Notes: generated by a model not told the origin, from the letters alone. Shown: positions 1 to 9,565, counted from the first letter of the stretch. The stretch: 64,000 bases of DNA from Planctomycetota bacterium (GCA_965228735.1 OZ245838.1:6368001-6432000), one strand, 5' to 3'. Numbers and translations: made by a program.

Positions 1-1
1 A

Positions 2-2371
2 GCCAACGCGTACACGCAGGCGGAGAAGTTCGGCGACGCCGCGCGCCATCTCGAGGCCGAGGCCGATTGCCTGCTCGATCAGAACGAGCCGAACAAGGCC
101 GCGCGCAAGCTGCTCGAGCTGCGTCAGATGCTGCCGACGTCGCTGTCGGCGCGCGAGAAGCTCGCCGACATCGCGCTCGACCACAACCTGTCGCTGCCCG
201 ACTTCGACGCTCTGGCCGAAGGCAAGGAGATCGTCGAACTGCTGCTCGCGTTCGGCGACGTCGAGCGCGTGCGGGCGCTGCTCGAGCGGCTGCTCGTCGT
301 CGTGCCGGACGACCTCGACCTCAAGAAGGCGCTCATCAGCGTCCACATCAAGGCCGGGGACCAGCAGCGCGTCGCGGAGCTCTACGAGGCGATCGCCGAA
401 GATCTGGTCGAAGCCGGCCAGCCGCTCGAGGCCGTTGGCTACCTGCAGAAGATCCTGCTCATGGATCGCAGCCGCACCGACATCTCGGCGCGGGTGCGGG
501 AGCTCTACGAATGCGACGAGCGGGCGCGACGGCGGATGCGCATCCTGGGTGCGCTGGCCTGCCTGTTCTGCGTGCTCGTCATCGGCGGCGCCTTCTACTG
601 GTTCTACAACGAACGGGCGAAGCAGGAGTTCGAGAAGATCGACGTGCGTGAACTCGTCGCGCACCAGGACTTCGCCGGCGCGGCGATCGCCTACCGGGAC
701 TTCGTCAATCAGTTCCCGTTCACGTCGGTCGTCGGTCAGGCCGAGAACGAGCTGAAGCGCATCGAGGCCGAGCAGAAGAAGTTCGACGCCAAGCTGGCGG
801 CCGAGCGCGCCGAGCGGCAGCGCGAGATCGACCGGTTGCGCCGCGAGTACAAGAAGGGCTGGAAGCTCCACCGCGAGCAGTTCCTCGACGGCGCGCCGGC
901 CGAAGCCATCGAGACCCTGCGCAAGGTGCGCGAGCAGCTCGAGGCCGCGGGCGCGGCGGAGGACGTCGCGTGGGCGCTGGAGAACGAGGTCGAGCGCCAC
1001 TGGCAGCGGCTGCAGGACTACGTGAACAACGCCAACGAGCTCGCCGTGCAGTACAACAAGGCGCTCGAGGGTGGTGACTGGCAGCTGGCGCGCGAGCACG
1101 CGCTGCACCTCAAGGACAAGTACGAGAACACCGAGGCCAACCGCAAGGTGCACGTGCCGGTGATGATCCGCACGCAGCCGCCCGGCGCCAAGCTGATGCA
1201 CCGCGGGAAGCCGCTGACGCAGAACGTCGACGGCGAGACGGAGCCGCTCGTGACCCCGACGCTGATCTACTGCGCCGATGCGCTCACGCCGGTCGAGCTC
1301 ACGACGGAGCTCGAGGGTTTCGAGAGCAGCACGATCACCGTGCAGCCGATCAAGGATGGTGAGGTCGCGGTCGTGCTCACGGTCGTGCCGGCGCGCCGGC
1401 TCGACTTCCCCGTGCCGCTGCAGTCCGGGATCACCTCGGCCGGCGGCTGGCTCGCGGTCGGCCTGCGCAGCGGCAAGCTCGGCATCGCGAGGACCGATGG
1501 CAGCGGCCAGCGGGTGTTCGACCTGCCGGGTCTCAAGGAGCTGAGCTCGGCGCCGCAGATCTCGACCAACCGGCTCTATTTCGTGAGCAACGAGAACACG
1601 ATCGAGTGCCTCTCCCTCACGACCGCGAAGCCGGTGGCCGGCTGGCCCGCCGCGCTGCCGAACGGCGCCGCGACGGAGCTCGTGGTCGGCGGCGGTCGCC
1701 TCGCGGTGATCGACGGCGCCTACGTCGTGCATTGCTGGGAGCAGGGGCGCGGTTCGCACCTCTGGTCCGTGTCGCTCGACAGTGCGCCCGCGGGGCCGCC
1801 GACGATGGCCGGCCGCAACCTGCTCGTCGGGACGAACGACGGGCGCGTGCTGAACATCGATGTCACGAACGGACGGATCCGCAACGTGCTGCGGACGCGC
1901 GAGAGCCTGAGCACGCGGCCGTTGACCGACGGCAAGATCGTCGTGTTCGGCTGCTCGTCGGGCCTCGTTCGCGCGATCGAACTCGAGACCGGCCGGGTGC
2001 TCTGGGATCAGCAGCTGCCCGCGAAGGTCGTCGACGGCACGCTGATGCTCGCGAGCGGCCACGTCGCCTGCGCGCATGGCCGCGAACTCGTCGTTTGGAA
2101 CCGCGACACCGGCACGGAAGCCGGGCGCCGCGACCTCGGCGCCGAGGTCCAGCCCGGGATGGGGCTGCAGGGCGATCAGCTGCTCGTGCGCGTTCGGCGC
2201 AAGAAGGAGGGCCGACGTCGCACGCGCGACGTGCTCGTCGCCGTCGACGTCGCCAGCGCCAACGTGCTCTGGGAATACGAGAGCGAGACCGTCAGCCCCG
2301 GGGCTTTCGGTGTGGACAGCATGTCGATCGCGTTCCCGGGCGCGGAGAACCAGGTGGTGTTGTTCCGCTAG
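2..2371 (+). CDS. Large TPR-repeat membrane protein with PEGA-like segment and C-terminal PQQ-like beta-propeller (5' truncated by window edge)
   Basis: The frame of ORF 128..2371 is open back to position 2. It has TPR-like helical repeats, one TM helix (ILGALACLFCVLVIGGAFYWFY), a coiled coil, a PEGA-like VMIRTQPPGAKL, then repeated propeller motifs (TGRVLWD, GSHLWS, ANVLWEY). Confidence 0.75.
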   Translation, partial: ANAYTQAEKFGDAARHLEAEADCLLDQNEPNKAARKLLELRQMLPTSLSAREKLADIALDHNLSLPDFDALAEGKEIVELLLAFGDVERVRALLERLLVVVPDDLDLKKALISVHIKAGDQQRVAELYEAIAEDLVEAGQPLEAVGYLQKILLMDRSRTDISARVRELYECDERARRRMRILGALACLFCVLVIGGAFYWFYNERAKQEFEKIDVRELVAHQDFAGAAIAYRDFVNQFPFTSVVGQAENELKRIEAEQKKFDAKLAAERAERQREIDRLRREYKKGWKLHREQFLDGAPAEAIETLRKVREQLEAAGAAEDVAWALENEVERHWQRLQDYVNNANELAVQYNKALEGGDWQLAREHALHLKDKYENTEANRKVHVPVMIRTQPPGAKLMHRGKPLTQNVDGETEPLVTPTLIYCADALTPVELTTELEGFESSTITVQPIKDGEVAVVLTVVPARRLDFPVPLQSGITSAGGWLAVGLRSGKLGIARTDGSGQRVFDLPGLKELSSAPQISTNRLYFVSNENTIECLSLTTAKPVAGWPAALPNGAATELVVGGGRLAVIDGAYVVHCWEQGRGSHLWSVSLDSAPAGPPTMAGRNLLVGTNDGRVLNIDVTNGRIRNVLRTRESLSTRPLTDGKIVVFGCSSGLVRAIELETGRVLWDQQLPAKVVDGTLMLASGHVACAHGRELVVWNRDTGTEAGRRDLGAEVQPGMGLQGDQLLVRVRRKKEGRRRTRDVLVAVDVASANVLWEYESETVSPGAFGVDSMSIAFPGAENQVVLFR

Positions 2372-2405
2372 GCCGCGAGGCTGGGCAGGAGCCTGAGGCA
2401 GATCG

Positions 2406-3506
2406 ATGCAGCTCATTCAACGAATGAAGATCTGGAAGGAGCTCAAGCGGCTCGAGATTCGAGTCCGTGAGGAGCCCTCCCCGACGACGTTCGTCGATCT
2501 GGGCCAGGTCTACATCAACCTCGAGAGTTACGACAAGGCGCTGCGCGTCGCGGAGGACGGGCTCGCGCTCTTCCCGAAGGCGAGCGAGATGAAGAAGCTG
2601 CTCGACACCGCGCGTCGCGGTCTCGGGAAGCAGCGCGCCACCGAGCTCAAGGCCAAACTCATCCGGTCGCCGAGTCCGAAGCTGTTCCGCGAGGTCGCGG
2701 AGCTGCAGATGGACCTCGGGGACGTCGCGGCGCTCAACCAGACCTGCCAGGAGTGGAGCCTGCGCTTCCCGGACGACGCGGGTGCGTGGCTACTGCTGGG
2801 TCAAGCGCGACTGCTCGGCTTCTACCGCGACCTCGCGGCGCGCGAAGGGCGCGAGGCGGTGCGGTGCCTCGACCGCGCGATCGAGATGAAGGGCGACGAC
2901 GAGCAGGCCCACCGGCTGCTCGGCGAGGTCCTCTACCGGGTCGGCGCCGTGAAGCAGTCGATGGAACACCTCGAGGTCGCGAAGGGTCTGCACCGCGGCG
3001 ACTCCGAGCTCGAGCAGCTGCTCAAGTACGTGGCCGGGCTCGAGGACAAGGGCATCGACGTCGAACAGCTGTTCGTCGAGGTCGAGGAGCGCGGCAGCCT
3101 GATGCACCCGCCCGCGGCGGCGGCCGGCGGCGCCGGCGAGATGGGCGTGACGAGCATCCGCGAGGCGCTCGGTCACATCGCGGACATCGAGGGCGTGACC
3201 AAGGCGACCTACATCAAGGGGTCGCGCGCGCTCGTCAAGGGTCAGATCAAGGACGGTCGCGACCCGTTCCTGCGGATCGTGCGCGTCATCGCCAAGGCGG
3301 CGCATCGCTTCGGTCGCCGGCTCGACATCGGCAACGCGTGCAAGAACGTCGTCGACGGCGAGTTCGGGCACATCTGCGTGTGCGTCTACGGCGAGGTCCT
3401 CGCCGGCGTGCAGTGTGAGAAGGGCACCGATCTCGAGCTCGTGCTCGGCGAGCTCCAGGAGATCGTCGCGGGTTCGCTGACGCCGATGGGAGGGACGAAC
3501 TCGTGA
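2406..3506 (+). CDS. TPR-repeat protein with C-terminal Roadblock/LC7-like domain
   Basis: N-terminal TPR motifs (DLGQVYINLESYDKAL, AWLLLGQA, AHRLLGEVLY). The last ~115 aa have a Roadblock-like alpha/beta pattern. Its stop overlaps the next start (GTGA). Confidence 0.7.
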   Translation: MQLIQRMKIWKELKRLEIRVREEPSPTTFVDLGQVYINLESYDKALRVAEDGLALFPKASEMKKLLDTARRGLGKQRATELKAKLIRSPSPKLFREVAELQMDLGDVAALNQTCQEWSLRFPDDAGAWLLLGQARLLGFYRDLAAREGREAVRCLDRAIEMKGDDEQAHRLLGEVLYRVGAVKQSMEHLEVAKGLHRGDSELEQLLKYVAGLEDKGIDVEQLFVEVEERGSLMHPPAAAAGGAGEMGVTSIREALGHIADIEGVTKATYIKGSRALVKGQIKDGRDPFLRIVRVIAKAAHRFGRRLDIGNACKNVVDGEFGHICVCVYGEVLAGVQCEKGTDLELVLGELQEIVAGSLTPMGGTNS

Positions 3507-3871
3507 AGTCGATCCAGGATGTCCTGAAGGAGCTGTACGGCAGCGGCGGGATCAAGGGGGCGGCGGTCGTCACGCTCGACGGTCTCGTGGCCGCGGGCGA
3601 GCTCGACGAACGCTTCCACTCCGACGTCGTCGGTGGGCTCGCGTCGTTCCTCGTGATGACGATGAACCGGAGCCTGCGCGAGGGTGGGCTCGGCGACTGC
3701 GAACAGTTCCTGCTGCACGCGACCCATGGCAAGGTGGTCCTCGCCGCACTGGGCGAGTCGTACCTCGTCGTGATCTTCGATCAGTTCGCGGACACCCAGA
3801 AGGTGCGCACCGATGTCGATCGGGCCGCCACCCGGCTGCGCGAGCTGTCGCGCCTCGGCTCGGCGAGCTGA
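3503..3871 (+). CDS. Roadblock/LC7 domain protein (MglB/MglC-like)
   Basis: 122 aa; GIKGAAVVTLDGLVAA and flanking helices fit the Roadblock/LC7 pattern; lies next to mglA. Confidence 0.85.
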   Translation: MKSIQDVLKELYGSGGIKGAAVVTLDGLVAAGELDERFHSDVVGGLASFLVMTMNRSLREGGLGDCEQFLLHATHGKVVLAALGESYLVVIFDQFADTQKVRTDVDRAATRLRELSRLGSAS

Positions 3872-4111
3872 CGCCGCCCGCCTCGCGGGCCGCCGGGCGC
3901 CTGCGGGCAAACCCGCACCCGGCGCCTCCGGTCCGGCTTCCGGGACGGCTGCGGCGCTGGTGAATCCGGCCGCGATCCGCCCCGCCGGCGTCTCAATCCG
4001 AGCGCACCTGCAACCTTCCTAAAGCGACGTTTCTGCGCGCGTCGATGAGGGATGTGGCGAGACGGTCGGGGGACCGTTCGACCACACCACCAGCTCGCAA
4101 CGGCTACACCA

Positions 4112-5098
4112 ATGGTTCAGATCAACTTCGCACTCAAGGAAGTCAACTGCAAGGTCGTCTTCTATGGCCCCGGGATGAGTGGCAAGACCACGAATCTCGA
4201 GATCGTTCACCAAAAGGCTCCCGAAGAGAACAAGGGCGAGCTCACCTCGATCTCCACGGACGGTGACCGCACGCTGTTCTTCGACTTCATGCCTCTCGAC
4301 CTCGGCAACGTGGCGGGCATGCGGACGAAGTTCCAGCTCTACACGGTGCCGGGTCAGGTCTACTACAACTCGACCCGCAAGCTCGTGCTGCAGGGTGTCG
4401 ACGGCGTCATCTTCGTCGCCGACTCCGATCCGGACAAGGTCGACGAGAACATCGAGTCGTACTCGAACCTGATCGAGAACCTGGCGGAGTACGGCAAGGA
4501 CATCCGCGAGCTGCCGCACGTCATCCAGTACAACAAGCGCGACCTGCCGAATGCACTGCCGGTCGCCGAGCTGGACAAGGCGATGAACAAGTTCGGTGTG
4601 CCGACCTTCGAGGCCGTGGCCTACACGGGCGAGGGCGTCTTCCCGACGCTCAAGACGCTCGCCGCGATGGTCCTCGAGAGCATCGAGAAGGTCGATGGCC
4701 GCAACCCGCGCAAGGCCGCTGGTGGCGGTGCGCGCCAGGCTGCCGCGGCACCCGCCGCGCCCGCAGCTGCCGCCGCGGCCGCGCCGGCCGCTCCGGCTGC
4801 CGCTGCCCCGGCCGCACGGGCGCCCCGCAAGGCGACTGCCGGTGCCGGTGGCCAGCGCAAGGGTGCAGGTCGCCGGTCGGCAGCGGGTGGCCGCGCCGCA
4901 GCGGGCGGTCGCGCCCAGGCCGGTGGTCGCGCTCCCGGTCGCCGCGCCGCGGCCGGCGGCCGCGCTGGCGGCAAACGCGCTGCGGCTGCTGCCCAGAAGA
5001 AGGGTGGCAGCATGGGGCTCGTGGTGGGTCTGACCGTCACGCTGCTGATCGCGGCGGCCGGTGTGGCCTACTTCTTCCTCGGTGACCAGCTGGGCTGA
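4112..5098 (+). CDS. mglA: MglA-family small Ras-like GTPase with Ala/Pro- and Gly/Arg-rich linker and C-terminal TM helix
   Basis: INFALKEVNCKVVFYGPGMSGKTTN, DRTLFFDF, YTVPGQ and NKRD closely follow Myxococcus MglA. The ATG at 4112 matches the family N-terminus. Confidence 0.93.
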   Translation: MVQINFALKEVNCKVVFYGPGMSGKTTNLEIVHQKAPEENKGELTSISTDGDRTLFFDFMPLDLGNVAGMRTKFQLYTVPGQVYYNSTRKLVLQGVDGVIFVADSDPDKVDENIESYSNLIENLAEYGKDIRELPHVIQYNKRDLPNALPVAELDKAMNKFGVPTFEAVAYTGEGVFPTLKTLAAMVLESIEKVDGRNPRKAAGGGARQAAAAPAAPAAAAAAAPAAPAAAAPAARAPRKATAGAGGQRKGAGRRSAAGGRAAAGGRAQAGGRAPGRRAAAGGRAGGKRAAAAAQKKGGSMGLVVGLTVTLLIAAAGVAYFFLGDQLG

Positions 5099-5109
5099 GG
5101 AGGCGACCC

Positions 5110-5622
5110 ATGGGCGACAAACTCTCGAAGAACGAGAAGCTGCGGTACGACCGCCTGACGTTCTACAAGGACGACATCGAGCGCATCGACAAGCTGCTCG
5201 CCGAGTTCTTGCGGTTGTCGGGCGCCAAGTGCGCGCTGCTGATCGACAAGGAAGGTCACCTCGTCACCAAGCGTGGCGAACTCCGCACGATCGACATCGA
5301 TACGATCTCGGCGCTCGTCGCCGGTTCGTTCGCGGCGACGAAGGAGATGGCCAGGCTGCTCGGTGAAGACGAGTTCACCGCGATGTTCCACCAGGGTGAG
5401 CGCGACAACATCCAGCTCTCGCTCGTGGGCGATCGCACTCTGCTGACGATCCTGTTCGACGATCGCACGACCGTCGGCATGGTTCGCCTCTACGCCGGTG
5501 AAACGGCGAAGAAGCTCGCCGAAGTGTACCGCGATGCGATGTCACGCGGTGACGAGACCCCCGATCTCGGTGACGGCTACGGCGAAGCGAGCAAGGGCGC
5601 GCTCGACAAGCTGTTCGACTGA
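5110..5622 (+). CDS. mglB: MglB-family GTPase-activating Roadblock/LC7 protein
   Basis: AKCALLIDKEGHLV, ISALVAGSFAATKEMARLLGEDEF, FHQGERDNI, LFDDRTTVGMVRL and the acidic C-terminal helix (LDKLFD) follow Myxococcus MglB; RBS GAGGAGG. Confidence 0.93.
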   Translation: MGDKLSKNEKLRYDRLTFYKDDIERIDKLLAEFLRLSGAKCALLIDKEGHLVTKRGELRTIDIDTISALVAGSFAATKEMARLLGEDEFTAMFHQGERDNIQLSLVGDRTLLTILFDDRTTVGMVRLYAGETAKKLAEVYRDAMSRGDETPDLGDGYGEASKGALDKLFD

Positions 5623-5653
5623 GATCGTCGGACGTTCCGACTGACGTTGCACT

Positions 5654-5694
5654 GCGGCCACCGGGACTTCGGTTCCGGTGGCCGCGCTGGTTTT
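5654..5694 (+). terminator. Probable terminator hairpin after mglB
   Basis: 14-bp stem GCGGCCACCGGGAC / GTTCCGGTGGCCGC closed by a C-UUCG-G tetraloop, with TTTT shortly downstream. Confidence 0.65.
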
Positions 5695-5789
5695 GCACTG
5701 CGTGTTCGAAGTTGTTGGCAGCGTCGAGGTGTCGTGCTGTGCGCGGTCCGGATTCGGCTCGAACCGACGCGTTCGAACCCGGTTCCACC

Positions 5790-6101
5790 GTGATTGGAAA
5801 AGAGTTCACAGGCCGATTTCAGGCGCATTCGTACCAAGCAAAATCAAAAAAAAACTGCCTGGGCCCGAGAACCCGCGAGTTCATGCAATGCATGCTGTTT
5901 GTGCTGTAATCGCAATGAATCATAGCGATTCGGATATTGATACGGCGCGGCGTCGCGACACTATCCCCAGGTGCCATCGCAGGTTCGGGTGAATTCAGCG
6001 ATCTGATCGGTCGATCAGGTGCGTGGCCGGAGTGACCGGTATGCGCCTCATGGTGTGACCAGCCGGCTTTCCCCAAACGAAAACCTAACAAGGATAGAGC
6101 T
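5790..6101 (+). promoter_or_regulatory. AT-rich promoter/leader region of the H1-like gene
   Basis: Clear local drop in GC (AAAATCAAAAAAAAA; TGTAATCGCAATGAATCATAG); AAGGA RBS-like sequence before the ATG at 6102. Confidence 0.5.
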
Positions 6102-6260
6102 ATGGCTGCCAGAAAGAAGGCCACCAAGAAGAAGGCGACCAAGAAGAAGGCCACCAAGAAGAAGGCCACGCGCAAGAAGGCCACCAAGAAGAAGGCGACC
6201 AAGAAGAAGGCCGCCAAGAAGAAGAAGAAGGCGACCCGCAAGAAGGCCGCCAAGAAGTAG
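6102..6260 (+). CDS. 52-aa lysine-rich histone H1-like nucleoid peptide (KKKAT pentapeptide repeats)
   Basis: ATG..TAG translates to MAARKKATKKKATKKKATKKKATRKKATKKKATKKKAAKKKKKATRKKAAKK. It has an RBS, a downstream terminator and variation at synonymous positions between repeats. Too short for the ORF track. Confidence 0.85.
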   Translation: MAARKKATKKKATKKKATKKKATRKKATKKKATKKKAAKKKKKATRKKAAKK

Positions 6261-6347
6261 GTCACCTCTTCCGAGGTCGCGACTCGGGAGTGCCTGCGAA
6301 ATGGCGATCGCAAGATCGCCAGTTGGCGCCCACCGAATCGCAGCGAG

Positions 6348-6377
6348 CGGGGCCCGGTTCTGCCGGGCCCCGTTTTT
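6348..6377 (+). terminator. Rho-independent terminator
   Basis: CGGGGCCCGG-TTCTG-CCGGGCCCCG followed by TTTTT. Confidence 0.85.
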
Positions 6378-6486
6378 CGTGGACGGGGACGTTCGCGAGC
6401 CGCCCGTTGCGGGGCGGGCCCGGCGGGGGTGGGCCCGCGGGTGGGCGCGGCGGGGCCAACGCGGCGGGCGCCGACGAGCGGCGCGA

Positions 6487-8523
6487 TCAGTGCAGCCGCT
6501 GGCCCGGCAGCGCGCCGTCGTCCGGCGAGACGAGGAACACTTCGCCATCGGTTCCGGCCGCGACGACCATGCCTTCGCTGAGGCCGAACTTCATCTTGCG
6601 GGGCGCGAGGTTGGCCACCATGACGACGCGCCGGCCCACGAGCTTCTCGGGCTCGTACTTGCCCTTGATGCCCGCGAACACGGTGCGCGTCTGGCCGCCG
6701 CCGAGGCCGAGCGTCAGGCGCAGCAGCTTGCGCGCCTCGGGCACTTCCGCCGCCGCGAGCACCTCGGCGATGCGCAGATCGACCTTCGTGAAGTCGTCGA
6801 TCGTGATCTCGCCTCTGAGCGGTTCCTGCGCGAGCGTCGGTGACGGCTCGTCGCTGCCGATCGGCGCGGTGTTCGCGTCCGCGGGCGGCTCGTCGACGGT
6901 GAACATCGCGGCGACCTTGTCGGCGTCGACGCGCTGCAGCATGTGTTCGAACTTCGCGATCGCGGCGCCGACCTGCGGCGTCTTCGTCGCCTGCCAGTCG
7001 TCGAGGGTGACGCCGAGCAGCTGACTTGCCTTGCTCGTCAGCTGCGGCGTGACCGGCGCGAGGTAGATCGCGAGCTGGCGGAACAGGTTGAGCACGACCG
7101 TGCACACGTCCTGCAACTCCTGCGCGCGGTCCGGATCCTTCCTGAGCGTCCAGGGCGCCTTCTGTTCGACGAACTCGTTCGCCGCGTCCGCCAGGGTCAT
7201 CGTCAAACGAACGGCCTCACGGAAGTCACAGCGCTCGTAGGCGGCCGCGATCTCGTCACCGCGCGCTGCCGCGGCTTCGAACAGCCCGCCGTCGTCCGGG
7301 TATGCGCTCGACAGACCCGAACTCTTCACGAACTTCGCCGACCGACTCGCGAGGTTGACGACGCGACCGACGAGGTCGCTGTTGCACTTGCCGACGAACT
7401 CCGCGGTGTTGAAGTCGAGGTCGTCGATGCCCGGGCCGAGCTTGCTCGCGTAGTAGTAGCGGATGAACGTCGGGTCGAGCCCCTGCACGAGGTAGGAGCT
7501 CGCGTTCACGAACGTGCCGCGCGCCTTCGACATCTTCTCGCCGTTGACCCGCAGGAAGCCGTGGATCTGCACCTTCTTCGGCAGCTGCAGGCCCGCCGTC
7601 TTCAGCATCGCGGGCCAGAACAGCGTGTGGAAGTAGGTGATGTCTTTGCCGAGGAAGTGGGTGACCTCGCACTCGGGGTTGCGCCACCACGCGTCGAAGT
7701 CCTGCTGCGTCTTCGCGCACCACTCGGCCGTGCTCGACACGTAGCCGATCGGCGCGTCGAACCACACGTACCAGAACTGGCCGGCCTCATCGGGGATCTC
7801 GAACCCGAAGTAGGGCGCCGGTCGCGACACGTCCCAGTCCTGCAGCGGTTTGTTCAGGAAGTGGCCGGCGAGGTAGTTGGCGACTTCTTTCTGCAGCGGC
7901 CCGTTCGCCTGCTGCGTCCACTCCTGCAGGAACGGCTGCACCGACTCGAGCTTGACGAACAGCTGGCGGCTCGGTCGCAGTTCCGGAGTGGCGCCCGAGT
8001 GCACGCTCCTCGGCTCGATGAGGTCGGTCGCCGCGTAGGTCGCGCCGCACTTCTCGCAGTTGTCGCCGTACTGATCCTCGGCGCCGCAGTTGGGGCACTT
8101 GCCCTTCACGAAGCGGTCGGCGAGGAACGTCTGCTGCACCGGGTCGTAGAGCCGCTCGACCTCACGTGCCGTGACCATGTCGGCCTGCTGCAGCGCCGCC
8201 CAGAAGCGCTTGCACTCCTCGTAGTTCGCCGCGCTGTTCGTCGAGCCGTAGTGGTCGAACGAGATCTCGAACGCGGCGAAGTCCCGCTGGTGCGACTCGG
8301 CCATCTCCGCGATGTAGTCCTCGGGCGTGCGGCCTTCCTTCTGCGCCCGGATCATGATCGCCGCGCCGTGCGTGTCGTCGGCGCAGATGTAGGCGACGCG
8401 GTGGCCGCGCAGCCGCTGGAAGCGGGCGTAGATGTCGGTCTGCACGTACTCGACGAGGTGCCCGATGTGGATCGGGCCGTTCGCGTACGGCAGGGCACTG
8501 GTCACGAGGATCTGGCGCGTCAT
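6487..8523 (-). CDS. metG: Methionyl-tRNA synthetase with C-terminal tRNA-binding (Trbp111-like) domain
   Basis: [14 protein letters not shown], zinc knuckle CPNC..CEKC, KMSKA and the C-terminal [16 protein letters not shown]-fold. Confidence 0.97.
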   Translation of the reverse strand: MTRQILVTSALPYANGPIHIGHLVEYVQTDIYARFQRLRGHRVAYICADDTHGAAIMIRAQKEGRTPEDYIAEMAESHQRDFAAFEISFDHYGSTNSAANYEECKRFWAALQQADMVTAREVERLYDPVQQTFLADRFVKGKCPNCGAEDQYGDNCEKCGATYAATDLIEPRSVHSGATPELRPSRQLFVKLESVQPFLQEWTQQANGPLQKEVANYLAGHFLNKPLQDWDVSRPAPYFGFEIPDEAGQFWYVWFDAPIGYVSSTAEWCAKTQQDFDAWWRNPECEVTHFLGKDITYFHTLFWPAMLKTAGLQLPKKVQIHGFLRVNGEKMSKARGTFVNASSYLVQGLDPTFIRYYYASKLGPGIDDLDFNTAEFVGKCNSDLVGRVVNLASRSAKFVKSSGLSSAYPDDGGLFEAAAARGDEIAAAYERCDFREAVRLTMTLADAANEFVEQKAPWTLRKDPDRAQELQDVCTVVLNLFRQLAIYLAPVTPQLTSKASQLLGVTLDDWQATKTPQVGAAIAKFEHMLQRVDADKVAAMFTVDEPPADANTAPIGSDEPSPTLAQEPLRGEITIDDFTKVDLRIAEVLAAAEVPEARKLLRLTLGLGGGQTRTVFAGIKGKYEPEKLVGRRVVMVANLAPRKMKFGLSEGMVVAAGTDGEVFLVSPDDGALPGQRLH

Positions 8524-8570
8524 GGCGGGTCGGGCAGGCTACGTCGCGCCGCCGCAAAACGCGAAACCGA

Positions 8571-9479
8571 TCACCCCGGCGGCGACGCCGGCGGTCCTTC
8601 TGGCGCCTTGTCGCACCGGATCAGGCAACTCGTCGCGGCGACGGCGGCGACGCTCGGGAGCAGCAGCACGTTGAGGAACGGCACGCCCGCGACCGCGAGC
8701 AGCCCGAGGCCCAGGCCGAGCGCGCGCCAGCGGTTGTGCCAGATCAGCCGAGCCCGCTCGGCGAGCGGGTAGCCGCAGCGCTCTGCGGCGGCGTCGAGCC
8801 AGACGTAGGCCTGCAGCGCCGCGCCGAGCAGAACGGCGAGCGGCAGGCCGGCGTAGGGGATCGTGACGAGCGCCATCGCGACGAGGAGCAGCACGAGGCT
8901 CGCGACGACGGCGGCGAGCCGATGGCTGGCGGACCCGCGAACGCGCGGTGGGGGCGGCAGATCGGGGCCGAGCATGATGCGCTCGGTGAGATCGCGCAGC
9001 GGGTTCTGGCCCGGACCGGCGAGCAGCTCGAGCAACGGCGGGGTCAGGATCAGCAGTGCCGCGAACCCCCAGCGCGCGGGTTCGTTCGTCGCGCTCGAGG
9101 CCGAGCCGAACGCCGGCAGCAGCGCGAACCAGAACAGCGCCGTGATGATCACGACGGCGATCACGTTCCAGCGGACCGGGCCCTTGAGCTGGCCGAAGAA
9201 TCGCTGGCCGAGCAGAATCGTGAAAACCGAGCGCGTCGCATCGATTACCCCGCTGGCGAAGTCCACCGGCGGCAGCCCGCGGCCGGGCTCGACCGGATCG
9301 CTGCCGTGCAGGGAGCGCGCCGACCCGTGGCCGCGCTCGCACGGGCGATTCGGCGGGTCGCTCGCGGGGGCCGTTGCCGGGTCTGCTTCGGCGCCTGGCG
9401 TCGCGTCCGGCAACGGGTCCGGTGGCGCCGCGGCGTGGCCGCAAACCGCACATCGGACCGCGCCGCCTTTCCTTGTCAC
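8571..9479 (-). CDS. EI24/CysZ-like membrane protein (start uncertain)
   Basis: Several TM helices; C-terminal VPFLNVLLLPSVAAVAAT resembles the EI24 family; GTG start chosen by inspection. Confidence 0.6.
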   Translation of the reverse strand: MTRKGGAVRCAVCGHAAAPPDPLPDATPGAEADPATAPASDPPNRPCERGHGSARSLHGSDPVEPGRGLPPVDFASGVIDATRSVFTILLGQRFFGQLKGPVRWNVIAVVIITALFWFALLPAFGSASSATNEPARWGFAALLILTPPLLELLAGPGQNPLRDLTERIMLGPDLPPPPRVRGSASHRLAAVVASLVLLLVAMALVTIPYAGLPLAVLLGAALQAYVWLDAAAERCGYPLAERARLIWHNRWRALGLGLGLLAVAGVPFLNVLLLPSVAAVAATSCLIRCDKAPEGPPASPPG

Positions 9480-9565
9480 AACGAAGTGTCTATCCTGCTT
9501 CGCCCCCAAATCCCAATGGCTCAATGCCAACGGCCCGCTCCGAACGGGCCCCGCTCCGCTGCCCG

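Noticed and set aside
3890..3960. GGCAAACC followed by GCCTCCGGTC upstream of mglA, reminiscent of a c-di-GMP-I riboswitch
   Set aside because: The GAAA-capped P2 and the GACGCAAA junction are missing. The GGCAAACC sits in a simple hairpin (TGCGGG-CAAA-CCCGCA). An Rfam cmscan would settle it.
5819..7105. Minus-strand ORF with a very hydrophobic FFLVAFF repeat
   Set aside because: It is the antisense shadow of the KKKAT-repeat gene and overlaps metG out of frame.
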